DNA of 64,000 nt from Octopus bimaculoides (lineage: Eukaryota). The translations under genes and the position numbers were made by a program. The stretch covers positions 85,759,614 through 85,823,613 of the forward strand of contig NC_068985.1 of assembly GCF_001194135.2 (NCBI RefSeq). Reading direction: 5' to 3'. Shown piece by piece: positions 62,763 to 64,000 of this stretch (position 1 is its first letter; each line of letters begins with the position of its first letter). The notes beneath the pieces are model-generated. The model made no database searches, was not told the DNA's origin, and worked only from the letters and a program-made list of their open reading frames with translations.

Positions 62763-63063
62763 TAACATTCGTAGCCACTTTAACATGGCTGCCCATTCTA
62801 GCAGACTCTATTGCAATTTTTTAACCCCAAAAGGACATCTCCTCTAGCTGGTTAACGATGCACAGCTGCAGAAATAGCCTGAAACCAGGACTGGTCGACT
62901 GGCCTCATCACTGCGAGATGGTAGGGGTCACTCCCCTGCACACAGTTTTATTGGATGCAGCTGTGCATCGTTAACCAGCTAGAGGAGATGTCCTCTTGGG
63001 GTTAAAAAATCGCAGTAGAGTCTGCACGAACAGACAGCCATGTTAAGGTGACTACGAATATTA
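62763..63063. mobile_element. Foldback element (108-bp arms, 85-nt loop) containing the 3' half of a hammerhead; homolog of 45727-45953
   Basis: 62763-62870 pairs with 62956-63063 (about 11 mismatches; the inner about 40 bp are perfect). The loop begins gaaatagcct-GAAA-ccaggactg-GTC. Confidence 0.85.
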
Positions 63064-64000
63064 CTTGTCAGTACAACTACTGCGTTCATCTCTTAGATTT
63101 TACATCTAGCAATTTTGATTATGTGTGTGTGTGTGTGTGTGTGTATCATTACTCAGCATCAAGCTTCCATGCCGACATGTGCAAGATGGTTTGAGAGGAG
63201 CCAATGAGGTGGAGGGCTGTAGTGAGTCCTGATGTTTGTTATGAAGATGACAGGTGGAGGAAAGGTTGACGGGGACAGAATGGGAGCAGAGAAAGGGCCC
63301 AGTGAGTATATACAGATCAATCATATTTTTTGCTGAGAAGGACAGCTGACTTAATACTGTGAATAACCATTCACCTTTATCTTTTGCCTTCTCTATGAGG
63401 TTCAACAAGTGAAAGTTGGACTTCTTCACTTTACTCTCTGTCTTTCTAGGTTTCACTCTTCCACCTGTCTCAAAGGAATCCATCTGGACTATTCAAGCAT
63501 GGAAAAGTGCAAGTCAAAATGCTGCTGCTGCTGATATGTGTGTGTGTGTACATAATGGCATTGCATTAGCATGACCACAGCCAACGAGTCATAAAAGGTA
63601 ATTGAGTATGTATATATATATATATATATATGTACATATACACACGCACACACACACATATATACATATATATACATATATATATGTGTACATACACACA
63701 CACACACACACACACAAACACATGTACATCATGCACATGGACACACGTAACAAGAACTGAGAGCGAGAACAATGCTGTATAGAAATGATAAATTTATCTG
63801 GTGATGAGTCTCATTGAAATATGAGGAAATCTCATCTTTTGCTTGAACTCTGCTTAAAAATAAACCTCGCTCCTCTTAATGAATATCAATAAGTGTCAGT
63901 AAGCTAAAATCAATTTCTTACATTAAGGAAAAACTCGACCCAACCAAGAGAAGAATCTCCTGCTATGTGTTTCATGTATTTCTCCTGATTAGTATGCACC

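Overview
AT-rich, microsatellite-dense eukaryotic DNA from a gapped draft assembly. N runs are at about 6674-6907, 13402-13702, 14645-14911, 23766-23865, 24360-25128, 32525-33398, 41481-41726, 45954-45963, 47594-47785, 49948-50177, 53299-53576 and 57064-57650, and most start or end at simple repeats. The repeat content suggests an octopus-like cephalopod genome (inference). I recognise no host protein-coding gene with confidence. Nearly all ORFs in the supplied track come from microsatellites or gaps, or are decayed transposon fragments. Supported elements are: Penelope-like (PLE) RT and GIY-YIG fragments with hammerhead-type terminal motifs; RTE, CR1 and R4/Dong LINE relics; many tRNA-derived SINEs and RTE 3' tails; four Tc1/mariner-superfamily relics plus a weaker fifth; and several foldback/TIR elements. 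The best lead is a small structured-RNA element family with three members (11953-12116, 45727-45953, 62763-63063). One member carries a complete, canonical type I hammerhead ribozyme. Two members share hairpins with compensatory base changes and look circularly permuted relative to each other, which fits a retrozyme-like (circular RNA/tandem) non-autonomous retroelement.
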